A DNA stretch of 63,051 nt, the filler included, from Chiloscyllium plagiosum (Eukaryota), in NCBI RefSeq assembly GCF_004010195.1. It is 4 parts of one record of this genome, joined end to end, with 100 filler letters (N's around TTAATTAATTAA, not from the genome) between each part and the next. Parts side by side here need not be neighbours in the genome. Positions count along the whole stretch, not along the records: positions 58,371 to 63,051 come from NC_057714.1; 3 more parts are not named here. The stretch is one strand, 5' to 3'. Position 1 is the first letter of the stretch, and every line of letters begins with the position of its first letter. A program made the translations under genes and the position numbers. The notes under the pieces were generated by a model. The model was not told the DNA's origin, ran no database searches, and saw nothing but the letters and a program-made list of their open reading frames with translations. Shown here piece after piece: positions 62,852 to 63,051 of this stretch.

Positions 62852-63051
62852 TAGATTAGATTCCCTACAGTGTGGAAACAGGACCTTCAGCCCAACCAGT
62901 CCACACTGACCCTTCGAAGAGTAACCCACCCAGACCCATTTCCCTCTGACTAATGCACCTAACACTATGGGCAATTTAGCATGGCCAGTTCACCTGACCT
63001 GCACATCTTTGGACTGTGGGAGGAAACTGGAGCACCTGGAGGAAACCCACA
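62852..63051 (-). mobile_element. HE1-type SINE 3' part, running off the window
   Basis: Tail tagattagattccctacagtgtggaaacagg and HE1 core in reverse complement. Confidence 0.92.

Noticed and set aside
1..63051. A host protein-coding gene or prokaryote-type system
   Set aside because: No recognisable exon or operon; every assignable peptide derives from a transposable element. Small exons could still have been missed by eye.

Overview
Repeat-dense vertebrate genomic DNA, almost certainly from a cartilaginous fish (shark), judged from the HE1-type tRNA SINEs and HER1/CR1 LINE 3' ends. It contains six assembly gaps and no host protein-coding exon that I can recognise. Most of the window is decayed transposable elements: many CR1 LINE pieces (including ORF1 with zinc finger and SGNH esterase, the endonuclease and the RT), Penelope-like elements (PLEs; RT and GIY-YIG), HE1 SINEs, two CR1-Zenon-like LINEs, an L2, a Tx1/L1-type 3' end, hAT and Harbinger transposase relics, three Tigger-type MITEs and probable solo LTRs. 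The most striking non-coding signal is about 20 minimal type I hammerhead ribozyme (HHR) motifs from at least 4-5 PLE pseudo-LTR families, with compensatory changes between families. Many lie in tiny (90-330 bp) mostly ORF-less insertions flanked by 11-17 bp target-site duplications (TSDs), often as head-to-head inverted arms. HHRs in PLEs are already known; the mini-element architecture, the priming microhomology and a locally templated 118-bp insertion are the points most worth checking. Element boundaries without a TSD are approximate.
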